From Sphyrna mokarran (taxonomy: Eukaryota): DNA of 64,000 bases. The DNA lies in assembly GCA_024679065.1 (NCBI GenBank), contig JAGIQG010000040.1, positions 3,286,001 to 3,350,000 on the forward strand, in the 5' to 3' direction. A program made the position numbers and the translations under genes. Shown piece after piece: positions 51,213 to 61,551 of the stretch. The notes beneath the pieces were generated by a model that saw only the letters and a program-made list of their open reading frames with translations, ran no database searches and had not been told where the DNA came from. Numbering within the stretch: the first letter of the stretch is position 1; the number at the start of each line of letters is the position of its first letter.

Positions 51213-52560
51213 AGATCTTAGGATCTTGATCACTTACAATATTCGTAGCATTCTTATACAAAAAAAGTCATGTTGAGGGTAACGGATTGGTTAATTCAAA
51301 TACTCTACATCAGTTCGCCTTTATAACTGACCACAGTAAGTTGGAATCTTGATCTACCAAGCTGAAGAAGTACTTGTGCCAGAGTTCTACTGGTTTGCAG
51401 CATGCTGAGAGCTTGAACGCAGGACTAAACGCCAACTTCTCACAGCTGCAGCGTTGGTTCACACAATCTTATTTTCAAAATATCGCGTTGCGAAGAAGCC
51501 GGATTTGACAAACTGCTTGACCTTCACAATCAGTCGGGCTAGTTTGTCAGAATTAACACTGGCTGTATTTCATGCTGTTAGACCCAGGTACAAATATCAC
51601 CACCCCACCACCCACCCCTCCCCGCAACCCGCATCTTGTGTTCGAAGTAGATTTTAAAGTCATCCCTTCTCCTTCTACCTGAACTCCTGAGGAAACACTC
51701 GGAGTGCTATAATATCCATGACTACGGTCTGAAAAGATTGTTGGAACATCGGGTGATCAATTGTTGGAATCAGTCTTGGTTCCAGAAGTGGAACGGGTTT
51801 AAATGTTGTATATTGTTGTGCTTTTGCCATCATGAGAGGGCAGAAGGACACTGTATTAACTTCATTATCGGGGCGCATTTCTTTATTGAAGAAAATCTGA
51901 TTGAAGGAACAAATGCGGAGACAGAAACATCATTTTAACACTGTGAGCAAACTTATTAATGTTTTAAGGATACTCTACGTATAAATTCTCAATGTTGCTA
52001 ATAGTGTTGTTATTTACAAATGTTCGATAAATAGATCAATGCGTGTTAGAGAATTTGAAATTATGGAACGTTATTTCAGAGCTAACATTAGGACTTATCT
52101 TCTCGGCACACTGTGACTGGCCACAGTGGAATAAAACTTCAGCAAGAATAAGGGAGATAAATGCACTGCAATCGTTGGAAAGTAGAATAAAGGAGAATTG
52201 CAAGCTCTCCCGCAATAGAAGACCTACAACCGGAAGAAGGGAACAGCTGTTCTCATTTGGTGAAGCGCAACTTGTCGAGGTCCAAGTGAAGAATTACACC
52301 CTGCATTTACCAGCATATACCAGCAGAGAGCAGTGTGAGGCGTGAGGAATATTTAAGATGAACGGATCGGGTGGGGGCTCAGAGGTTGTGTGAGCTGGTG
52401 TCAGACTGAAGAGCTCGGTGTGGGGGATTAAAAGAAAACCCGCCTATTGCCAGTTCAACATAAACACGGCACCGAACTGAACCTGCATGAAGCATTTGAC
52501 TCCCGGTTAATTTTCATCTTCAGGTTCTAAACTGATCTGGGTTTTGCGCGATAGTTGAGA

Positions 52561-52893
52561 ATGTTCTGGATTTGCATCGACTTTCTCCTATTTTTAACTC
52601 TAACCCGTACGGGGGTGACGGGACAAGCTGAGGTGAAGCAGTCCCCTCCGCGGATGGTCGTGAGTGAAGCGCGAAATGTATCCATGAACTGTACCATCTC
52701 CAATGCTTTGAGCGTCCTGAGTTGGTACAGACAGCTCCCGAATCAGTCACCCCAGTATCTGGTGATGGCCGCTCGAGGAACCGATCAACCCGGGAGAATC
52801 ACTGCCTCAATCGCTGAAGGCAACAAATTCAGCGTCCTGACTGTGAGAGACGTACAGGTTTCAGACACTGCGACCTATCTCTGCGCTGAGAGG
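52561..52893 (+). CDS. TCR alpha-like V segment V4, leader and V domain in one exon
   Basis: MFWICIDFLLFLTLTRTGVTG|QAEVKQSP...VSMNCTIS...LSWYRQ...GRITAS...SDTATYLCAER. No AG acceptor upstream of the L2/FR1 codons. Confidence 0.85.
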
Positions 52894-52932
52894 CACAGTG
52901 TGTTAGACACAGGGAGGTCCCAGACAAAAACC
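52894..52932 (+). other. Perfect consensus 23-RSS of V4
   Basis: CACAGTG-23 bp-ACAAAAACC. Confidence 0.96.
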
Positions 52933-52983
52933 TGCACGGTCTCCAAAACCCCCTCCACCGTGCCAGGAACAGCATTTTAAGAA

Positions 52984-53027
52984 GCTCGGTATTAAATTCC
53001 AACGGTAAGGGGAATTTAATACCGAGC
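52984..53027. repeat. Perfect 17-bp inverted repeat with 10-nt loop
   Basis: GCTCGGTATTAAATTCC-aacggtaagg-GGAATTTAATACCGAGC. Confidence 0.95.
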
Positions 53028-53205
53028 AAAACATTTCTTGAATCCGAACATTTTAAAAAGGTTTGAAGTAGGAAAAAGCTGAATGCATTTTGTACCTGAA
53101 GGAAAAGGATTTTGTACCTAGAATGTGTTTCAAACATAACCCTTCCTCATGACTGATCTCCTTAAGCTTATACTGTTCCTGGCAGTAATATAAGTTATTT
53201 GTTCA

Positions 53206-53717
53206 TGTTAAAGTATGTGAAACTTTTATAACAGCTGATAGTTAAATGTGATTGTTATTTTGTAGACTTTGCAAACCTTACCTGTTTGTATTAGTGGGAA
53301 TCGTTACACAGATGATAGTTTGGCTTTTAACAGCCGCTGATGGCAGATCACGATACCGGCTTTTAACAGGAAGAGTCCTGCTGCTACAGCCACTATGGCA
53401 CAAGTAACTTCAAAGAAGGGATGCCGATGTCACTGCAGAAGGGGTTTCCTGAGTCCTGACTGCAGGACTGTAATCCCCGATTAACTCTGGGGCCGCATCA
53501 CGATCCAGGAAGGAAGAACTGGAGGTCTGGCAGGAATTGGAACTTTGAATCGTGATTCCTGCTGGAGCTCATAATTTATAAATACCCACTTGTGCTTGTG
53601 TTCTATGAGAAGTCTGGTAAGCCTTAATCGGAGCCAGTTTCTCCGCAAAGCTTTGGAATAAAAACCACTGTATTTTGACTCACTAACAGTCTTCCAGAGA
53701 TTATTTTACTTACAACA
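53206..53717 (+). mobile_element. Candidate solo LTR
   Basis: TATAAATA (~53577), AATAAA (~53657) and an end in TTACAACA. Left edge and TSD not resolved. Confidence 0.35.
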
Positions 53718-54371
53718 GATTCAAATGAAGACAGTTGGAAATGTATTCAAAGGAAATGGAAAAGATTGCATGGAAATCAGAATGAGCGCAATTCAAAGTG
53801 AAAAGCGCAGTACTTTATTTATTTATAAAGAATAAAAATTTGCAAAACAGGGCAAAGAGAAGAAGAAGAAAGTCAAAACCAGCGAATGTGTTGTGATGTT
53901 TTTGGCAGGACGAAACACACGGAGCTTATTAACTAAATAGTGAGGGATTGCAGAGGTCTTAGATTCAGAAGGATTGTGTGTCCTACTGTGTGAATGTCAA
54001 GTGCTTGTTCACAAGTACAGAAAGTAATGAGAATAGTGTCGTCCAGCTCACTTATTGGATGTTTGACTTGTAACACTAAAGCGACACTTACAGCACAAAT
54101 TCGTTCCTGTACCCCTTGAGGTGTTCCATGAAACCAGATGAGAAAATGCTGGAAAATCTCAACAGTTCTAGCAGCATCTGTAAGGAGAGAAAAGAGCTGA
54201 CGTTTCGAGTCCAGGTGACCCTTTGTCAAAAGTCCTTCATGAAGTCGCGTTATCTCAACCTTGATCCCTCGCCTGAGATTTAGTGTGATCTTCAAGTTAA
54301 ATCATCACCAGCCCCTGGACATCTCGGCGATGGTGACTTTACCTTTATTGTTAGTGTCTAATGGTGTGAAA

Positions 54372-54399
54372 GCGCCCTCTGCTGAGCAGTTACTGGAAC
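54372..54399 (-). promoter_or_regulatory. RSS-adjacent CTCF motif with upstream module
   Basis: GTTCCAGT-6 bp-TCAGCAGAGGGCGC on the - strand. Confidence 0.75.
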
Positions 54400-54410
54400 A
54401 CTTACTGCGG

Positions 54411-54448
54411 GGTTTTTGTATGAGACTCGCCGTATCTGTAACACTGTG
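54411..54448 (-). other. RSS of V5 (22-bp spacer)
   Basis: CACAGTG-22 bp-ACAAAAACC. Confidence 0.92.
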
Positions 54449-55064
54449 GACTCCAGGCGCAGAAATAGACAGCACTGTCAGTCATCAGCGTGTTGCCGAT
54501 CATTAGCTCGGTAATCTTAGCAGTTTTATTAAATGTCGCTGAAACGCGGTCGCTGATTTCGGTCTGTTTGTACAGCTGCTCTCCCAGAATTTGGAGCATG
54601 TACTGTGGAGGCTGCCCAGGACTCTGACTGTACCAGTACACATACGGATCGGGGTCGCTTGTCTTCAAGTTGCAGGTTAATGTGACATTACTTCCCTCCT
54701 CCACTGTTATTTCAACAATCGGCTTCTCCTGTGTGCCTTGGTGACTCCATTCTAATACAAAATTATAGAAAAAAATTTAAAAAATCAGCTTCAGTCGAAT
54801 ATTTCTAAACAAAATCGTCATTAAAATGACAATAATGTTCATCTGGCTTTATAGGAAAGGAAATACATAAACACACCGAAGATAGGAGCAACAGGAGGCC
54901 ATTCGGCATTTGGAGACTGTCCTGCCATTCATTGTGATCATGGTTGATCACACAACTCAATAACGCGATCCGCTTTCCCCCATATCATTTGATCTCCTTC
55001 GCCCCAAGAGCTACTTACTGAGAAGTGAGGTGAAGATGAGAATCGGAGTGAGATAGTTCAACAT
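54449..55064 (-). CDS. TCR alpha/delta V segment V5, open; leader 55064-55019, V exon 54751-54449
   Basis: MLNYLTPILIFTSLL with GTAAGT donor and ATTAG acceptor, in frame. ITVEEGSNVTLTC...VYWYSQSPGQPPQY...DRVS...TDSAVYFCAWS. CR1 tail in the intron. Confidence 0.88.
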
Positions 55065-55659
55065 GATGCTTCCTGAGTCTGTAAAGCGGCAGTGAGAGAA
55101 ATCCTCCGTCAGAGACAGAAATACAGATGCCCGTCCCACAGCACTGCTGATCCACTGCTGAGAGGAATGGAGCAGCGACAGCAATCTGTCCAATCACCCA
55201 ATCGGGTCAGAGTGAGGGCAGCAAATGGAAGCTGTGGGAGGGGATATAGCAGACTTATTATTGGATGAAGTTGCGGTGGCTCTTAGCTGCACTGGGAGCC
55301 GATGGAGCGGAAATAGCGACGGCTGGATCTATAAAAGTCTCTGACCACTCTGCACCTGTTCATTGTTCAGATGCCTAACAATAAGTAGAGCGGCAGGAAC
55401 ACTCAGCAACGAGAATCATAGAATCCCGGAGCGCCCAATGAATCCATTCCCCCTTTCTATGCCTCTTTGGAACAGTTCTCCAAATCCTCTGTCATCGCTG
55501 CATTTTTAGCAAAGACAGGATTCTTTGTTCAAGATACATATCATTTCTTTCTAAATATTTCTCTTTAATATTCTGTCACAATTATAGGCAGTGGTGTTTC
55601 TAGCTTTGAACAACTGTCAGTGCAACAAATGAACAGATCATTTTATTACTACTATTGTG

Positions 55660-56205
55660 TACAGTTTTGGTTTCCTTACTTCAGAAAGGATTTACTGACA
55701 TGGGTTGGGGGGAGTGCAAAGGAGATTCAGTAGGTTTATTCTGGAGTTGTGAGGGTTGCTTATGAGGGGAGACTGAGTAGACTGGGGCAATACTCATTGG
55801 AATTCAGCAGAATGAGAGAATATCTTAGAGAAACATATTCATTATGAAGGGAATAAATAAGACAGAAGTGCGGAAGCTGTTTCCACTGGCGGGTGAAATT
55901 TGAAATAGGGGGCGTAGCCTCAAAATAAGTGGAAGGAGATTCAGGACTGAGTTGAGGAGATACTTCTTCAAACAAAGGGTTCTGAATCTGTGGAATTCCC
56001 TTCCCAGTGAAGCGGTTAAGGCTACCTCATTGAATGTTTTAAGACAAGGATAGATAGATTTTTGAACGGTAAAGGAATTAAGGGTTGGGGTGAGGAAGCG
56101 TATAAGTGGAGCCGAATCCACGAAAAAATCAGCCATGATCTTATTGAATGATGGAGCAGGCTCGAGGGGCCAGATGGCCTACTTTTGCTCCTAGTTCTTA
56201 TATTC
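55660..56205 (+). mobile_element. CR1 3' fragment
   Basis: ORF2-end relics and tail. Confidence 0.75.
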
Positions 56206-56934
56206 TTATTCAATGCTTTTCATTCTCTTTTACAGGTGTATTTGGATTATCGAATGTTTGTCTGACTGAAACAGTTTTGTGTGATCTATTGCATCATTTA
56301 GAAAAAACATTCTGAGCACTAAAATTAAGGAACTGTTCTGTTACTTGATTAGAAAGAGCAATTTCAGTTTCACGAGTCATCTGATTATTGAATGCTATTT
56401 ACTTTCTCCAATATCTGAACAGTCTCACTAAATGGTGATTCCATTGTTTCTAAATAGTGATTTATTAACATTAAACATGGCCTGAACATCAACGAGCAAT
56501 ATAATTCAGCTTGACCAATTCCAATTGAGAATGCTCTGGAGAAGGTACTTGATATTCGTGTATTCGTACGTAAATTAACAACCCCGAAATCCTGTCAGTG
56601 ACCCGCATTCTAAACCGGATTGAACAGAATCCGCCAGAAGAATCCAAGCATACTAATTAGAAAGTCACCTAGGTACAGCTCCCAACACAATAGGGATGAC
56701 TCCTGAGTGAGATCTCAATGGCTCTGCCCCCTGCAGCGTTTGGTGGAACAATGTGTTGAACAGAGCCCTACTTCCGTCTCTGCTTCTCAATCTCTGACTC
56801 ATTCCATTTCCATTTGGTGAGAGATATTCAGTCAGACATGTTTCTGATCATATTGGTGGGGCTGTGGGACAGTAAGTGGTGAATTACGTCCTTTCAAACT
56901 GTTTAGCAGATTGATAAAAAGATTGTAGTTTGTT

Positions 56935-57350
56935 TTTTGAAGCTGTTAGGATTCTATTCACTGGAGATTAGAAGAGTAAGAGAGGATCTTATAGAAACTT
57001 ACAAAGTTCTAATAGGGTGAGAGAGGGTAGATGCAGAAATAATGCTCCCATTGGTGGAGAGTCCAGAACTGGTGGCCATAGTTTGAGGATAAATGGGAAA
57101 GTACTTCGAGAACTAAAATGAGGAGAAGGTGGTGGATGTGTGGAATTCACTACCACAGAATGTAGTTGAGGCCAAAATGTTGTCTCATTTGAAGAAGAAA
57201 TTAGATATAGCTCCAGAGACTAAAGGGATCAAGGGATATGGAAGGAAGCTGGGCTCAGGATATTGAACTCGATCAACCATGATGAAAATAACGAAGGGAC
57301 AGGCTCGATGGGCCAAATGGCCTACTCCTACTTCCAATTTCTAAGTTTCT
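56935..57350 (+). mobile_element. CR1 3' fragment in the V6 intron
   Basis: LEIRRVREDLIETYK-like relic and tail. Confidence 0.75.
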
Positions 57351-58599
57351 TATTTTCTCTTTAATATGGCCAACGATCAGATATTCATCAATCGGGACAG
57401 TTTTGGAAAATGAAAATTTGTGCGCACTCACATAGATAGTTCGATCCCCTTTAATCTTGTTCTCTTTCATTTATCTACATTTACAGGCGGACTATGTGCA
57501 ATAACTCAGTCTCAGTATCGGTAACTCTGAGAGAAGGGTTTCGGCACAGTTTGACTGCAAATATAAACACCATGCAGTAGTTTCGACAGAAACTGGCAGA
57601 ACCTCTAAGATGATAATTAGCAATATCGTTTTTGTGGAATATAAACAGATCACTTTTATTCATAAGATTTTACAGCATTATTAATATTTCCCACAGCGGG
57701 GTAAAAATAGATTCCGGGCAGAGAAAATGATTTCTGTGGAGGAGTCGGGAACAGTCACTAGATGGCGATTTTTCATACAAACTCCGGGAACCACATGTAG
57801 GGTATTGCTGCACACAGTCCATACCAGGTTAGGATATACTACAGGTGTTCGTTCCTTAGGGTCACTCTTTCTGCCCTCCGTTTGGACCTCCAGGGACTGT
57901 GCTTTCCAGATCAGCATCGATGAGGATCGGCTCAGTGCCAGTTTCCTGAACCATTGTCTCCGGATCCCGGTAATGCCAGCAATTCTTCGTAACATCGTTC
58001 TAGGTGGTGAAGGATTTGCGAGTTTCTGTGAGTCGAACCACCCCAACAAATTCTACCTCTTCTGATATCTGTCCTTTGCTGCGTGTTTCGAGTTTGACCC
58101 TCGTTCTGGTTACAAAGCCCCCTGTTCACCAGAATCCTCACCCCCTGGGTCTGAGCAGTTGGATGGTGTGACTACATCGGCCCAGGAATCTGTGCTGGAT
58201 ATCAGACGTCCAGCTTCCTGTTTCTCCTTGTCTGAATCCACCCTCGATCGGGACATGATGTAGAGCTCATTGGAATGGTCAAACCTTCCTCGCTCCCTCA
58301 CTTGCCCGTGCTCCAGTTCATTCAGCTCCAGCGGATCCAGAGCAGGGATTGGTGGTCAGAGTACGTTCCCTCTTCCAGTTCTTTGAGAAGATGCAGTTTC
58401 CATTTCCGAGGCGGAACCTGCAGGATTCCGAGGCTGGGATTAGGAGCAGAGCCCACTTCAGGATGGAATTGTCAGCGCCTATAGCAACTGCTTGTGTCGC
58501 CCAATATGCGCCCCATCGTGTCTCACAGCAACTCCATTTAACTTTGATCTGACACCAGGCAAGATCAGTTGAGTTCCAGTGACGACTTCTGCTGAGCAC

Positions 58600-59070
58600 G
58601 TAAGAACATAAGAAATAGGAGCAAGAGTAGGCCATCTAACCCGCCCCACCATTCAATAAGATCATGGATGATCTGCAGTGGATCAGTTCTACTTTCCCGC
58701 TTTCTCCCCATAACCTTAATTCCCTTGTCTATCAGAAATCCAGCTACCCGTGACTTAAATATATTCAACGAGGTAGCCTCCACCACATCAATGGGCAGAG
58801 AATTCCAGCAATTCACCACACTGAGTGAAGAAGTTCCCCCTCAACTCTGATCTAAACTTATTTTGAAGCTGTGCCCTCTAGTTTGTTATCCTTCCTTAGC
58901 GGGGAGAATCTCTCTACCTCTACTCTATCTAGCCCCTTCATTATCTTGTAAAGTCTCTATAAGATCCCCCCCCTCAACCTTCTAATGAGTACGGAACCAG
59001 TCTAATCAATCTCTCTTCATAGGCTAACCCCCTCATCTCCGATATCATCCTGATGAATCTTCTATTCACA
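58600..59070 (-). mobile_element. CR1 3' fragment within the V6 interruption
   Basis: VNCWNSLPIDVVEATSLNIFK and a (TTCTTA) tail. Confidence 0.8.
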
Positions 59071-60749
59071 TTCGCATTCAGTACCCAGCGGCAGACAACC
59101 TGCAGCATCCTTATCCGGAACCGGAACATCTGCTATACTTCCGGATTATATTTTCCCACTTAGATTCACAACTGGATTTGCAATGTCCTATCTCTGGAGA
59201 AAAATGAGATCTCAAGGCGATATCTGGGCTGCTGGCGTGTCTACAAAGTCTGGTTACCTCAATACAAGCGGCCTTAGCGCGGAGGATGGGGCTGTGTGCT
59301 ATGAAGGACAGCTTTAGATTATAGCTAAAACCCTGTACAAAAATATCAGTGCGCTCGGTCCTGTATTTTTGACGCCTTTAATTAAGTTTATTTCATTTCT
59401 TACAGGGACAGGTTTTTATCCCAAACATTTGCATTGCTGTCCTTACCCATTGTTGAAATCAACAAAGATGCAATCTGGGAAATCTTCAGTTTTATCACCA
59501 TATCCCGAGTTATATCATATTAGCAAATATCTTTGGAAATTATCAGGATTCTCATGTGTCGACTGACATGGCGATAGCCGAGGGTAATGCAATAAGTTTA
59601 GCAAATCGTTATGGGATCTTCCTCAGGACTCGAAAGGATCCAGGGACAGTGAGCCTGCCTCACTGGATTCTGTGACAAGGTACAAAATGTGTCAAAGTCT
59701 GGGATTGGTCTTATTTCACGAAGCGAAGAATTAATGTTTCAGAAGCACCGAATAGCACAGCCATTATCCCAAATGTCCTTGGGTAGCACGTGGTGTCTGA
59801 TATGGATTTTGACCAGCGATAACTCATACCTAAAAGTACCCCTTTCTTTTCGACTGATCAAAAAGATTAATAGTATATTAATTAAGAGTAATTTCACTTA
59901 CTGGGACATTGGGAGATGTTTTTCAGGGAGAGTTTTATAAAATGTCCAGCTCTCTGATGAAGCACAGGCTACTAGTAGTAGGACTGCTCCTTTTAGATTT
60001 TTGTATGACTCGTATTGATCTTTATAACACTGTGCCTGCATTGCACAGAAGTAGGTGGCAGTGTCTGTCACTCAAGTGTGGCTAACATTCGGAGTGGTGC
60101 GTTGAGAAAATGTACCGAGCCCTGATCCTATCCTGATCGCAGGTATTGATCACCAGATGCTGCACGTTTCTGCCCTCGTATTGTTTGCACCAGTGTAGGA
60201 CCAGTAGGAATTGCTGTGGAACACGTCAATGTTGCAGTGGTTCCCTCGGTAACCACAGACTGTGGAGACTGCGAGAACTCTTCACCACACAGCAGCACTT
60301 ATAAGTTAATGTGCATAAGCAGCAATAACATAGCGCAATATAATGTATCACAATAAAGTGCAATTGTATGTTGCTAAAACAGAATGTAATGCCTTATCTT
60401 GTCAGCTTGGATATGTTTGCTATTCATGTCCGAACTGCGAATTGAATTCAATTGGATTTTGAATTTGGATAATTGAGCAAGGAAGAAATGGATGACCTCT
60501 CGATAATAAAGCCATGCTGACTGTTCTTGATTAATCTTTGCCTCTCCAACTGCAGATAAATTCCCTTTTTTAGAATTGCTTCCAATTGTATTCTACCACT
60601 GATGCTAGACTGTCATGTCTGTAGTTTCCTGATTTATCCTTTCCTCTCTTCAGGAATAATGATACCACATTGACTATCCTCCAGTTCTCCGGCTCTGGCC
60701 ATTATAAACGGACAGGTCATTATAAAATTCGTGCTTAATGTGTCATTAA

Positions 60750-61440
60750 TCACGAGCATCGGGAATATCCTCCCTGCATCTACTCTGTCTACTCCTGTTA
60801 GAAATTTTGTAAGTTTCTATGGGGATATCCCCTCATGCGTCTGAACTCCAGCGAAAACAATACTAACCTAGTCAATCTCCTCATACATCAGTTCTGCCAT
60901 TCCTACAATCAGCATGGCAAACTCTTGCTGCAGTCCCTCGAGAGCAAGAACATCCAACCACCGAAAATGAGACCAAAAATGCACACAATGCTTTAGGTGT
61001 AGCCTCATCAAGACCCTATATAATTGCAGCAACACATCCCTGTCCTGAAATCGAAATCTCTCGCAAATGAAGGTCAACGTGCTACTTGCTTTCTTGCCTG
61101 CTGCATCTGCATGCTTACCTGCAGTGACTGGTGCACAAGGGCACCCAGGTCCCATTGCACATTTCCCTCTCCCAATTTACAGGAATTCAGGTTGTATTCT
61201 GCCTTGCTATTTTGGTTTCCAGAGTGAATAACTTCACGTTCATCCAATTATACTGCGATTGATTATCCCTGTCCAGATCATCTTTAAGGATCTCTGCAAC
61301 CTCGTCGCGGTTCACCCTCCCACCCAACTTGGTGCCACCTACAAACTTTGAGATGTTACATTTTGTTTCCTTGTCCAAATCATTAATATATAATGAATAG
61401 TTGGGGTCCCATCAATGTGGCTCCCTACTAGTTACTGCCT
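60750..61440 (-). mobile_element. CR1 fragment, absent from the paralogous cassette
   Basis: ISKFVGGTKLGG and LQLYRVLMRLHLKHCVHFWS. Confidence 0.8.
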
Positions 61441-61512
61441 GCAATTTGAAAAACAATGGTCGCTGATCACAATATTTGCCGAGCGCGCTGTTATGTTGAG
61501 TGAGGCTCTGAG

Positions 61513-61551
61513 AGTTTTTGTACAGGTTCAGCCCAGCTCTGTGTCTCTGTG
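61513..61551 (-). other. 23-RSS of V7
   Basis: CACAGAG-23 bp-ACAAAAACT. Confidence 0.9.

Larger units (their letters stand above)
48765..51590. repeat. V-gene cassette duplicated at ~60695-64000 (same orientation)
   Basis: Collinear flanks, V exon, intron, leader, promoter and upstream Penelope-type repeat. Each copy has its own later insertions. Confidence 0.9.
56838..59345 (+). pseudogene. Split TCR V pseudogene V6: leader 56838-56871, 5' half 57487-~57635, 3' half ~59190-59306, degenerate RSS 59307-59345
   Basis: MFLIILVGLWD|GTAAGT and TTTACAG|..ITQS/VSVTLREG/AQFDCKY/TMQ*FRQK, then KSGYLNTSGLSAEDGAVCY and GACAGCT-23 bp-ACAAAAATA. Confidence 0.7.

Noticed and set aside
52043-52112. Candidate upstream leader exon for V4 (LWNVISELTLGLIFSAH)
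   Set aside because: No in-frame ATG, a weak donor and no matching AG acceptor before the V exon.
59567-59635. Possible tRNA-Ser relic
   Set aside because: Only patchy similarity, too degenerate to support by eye.
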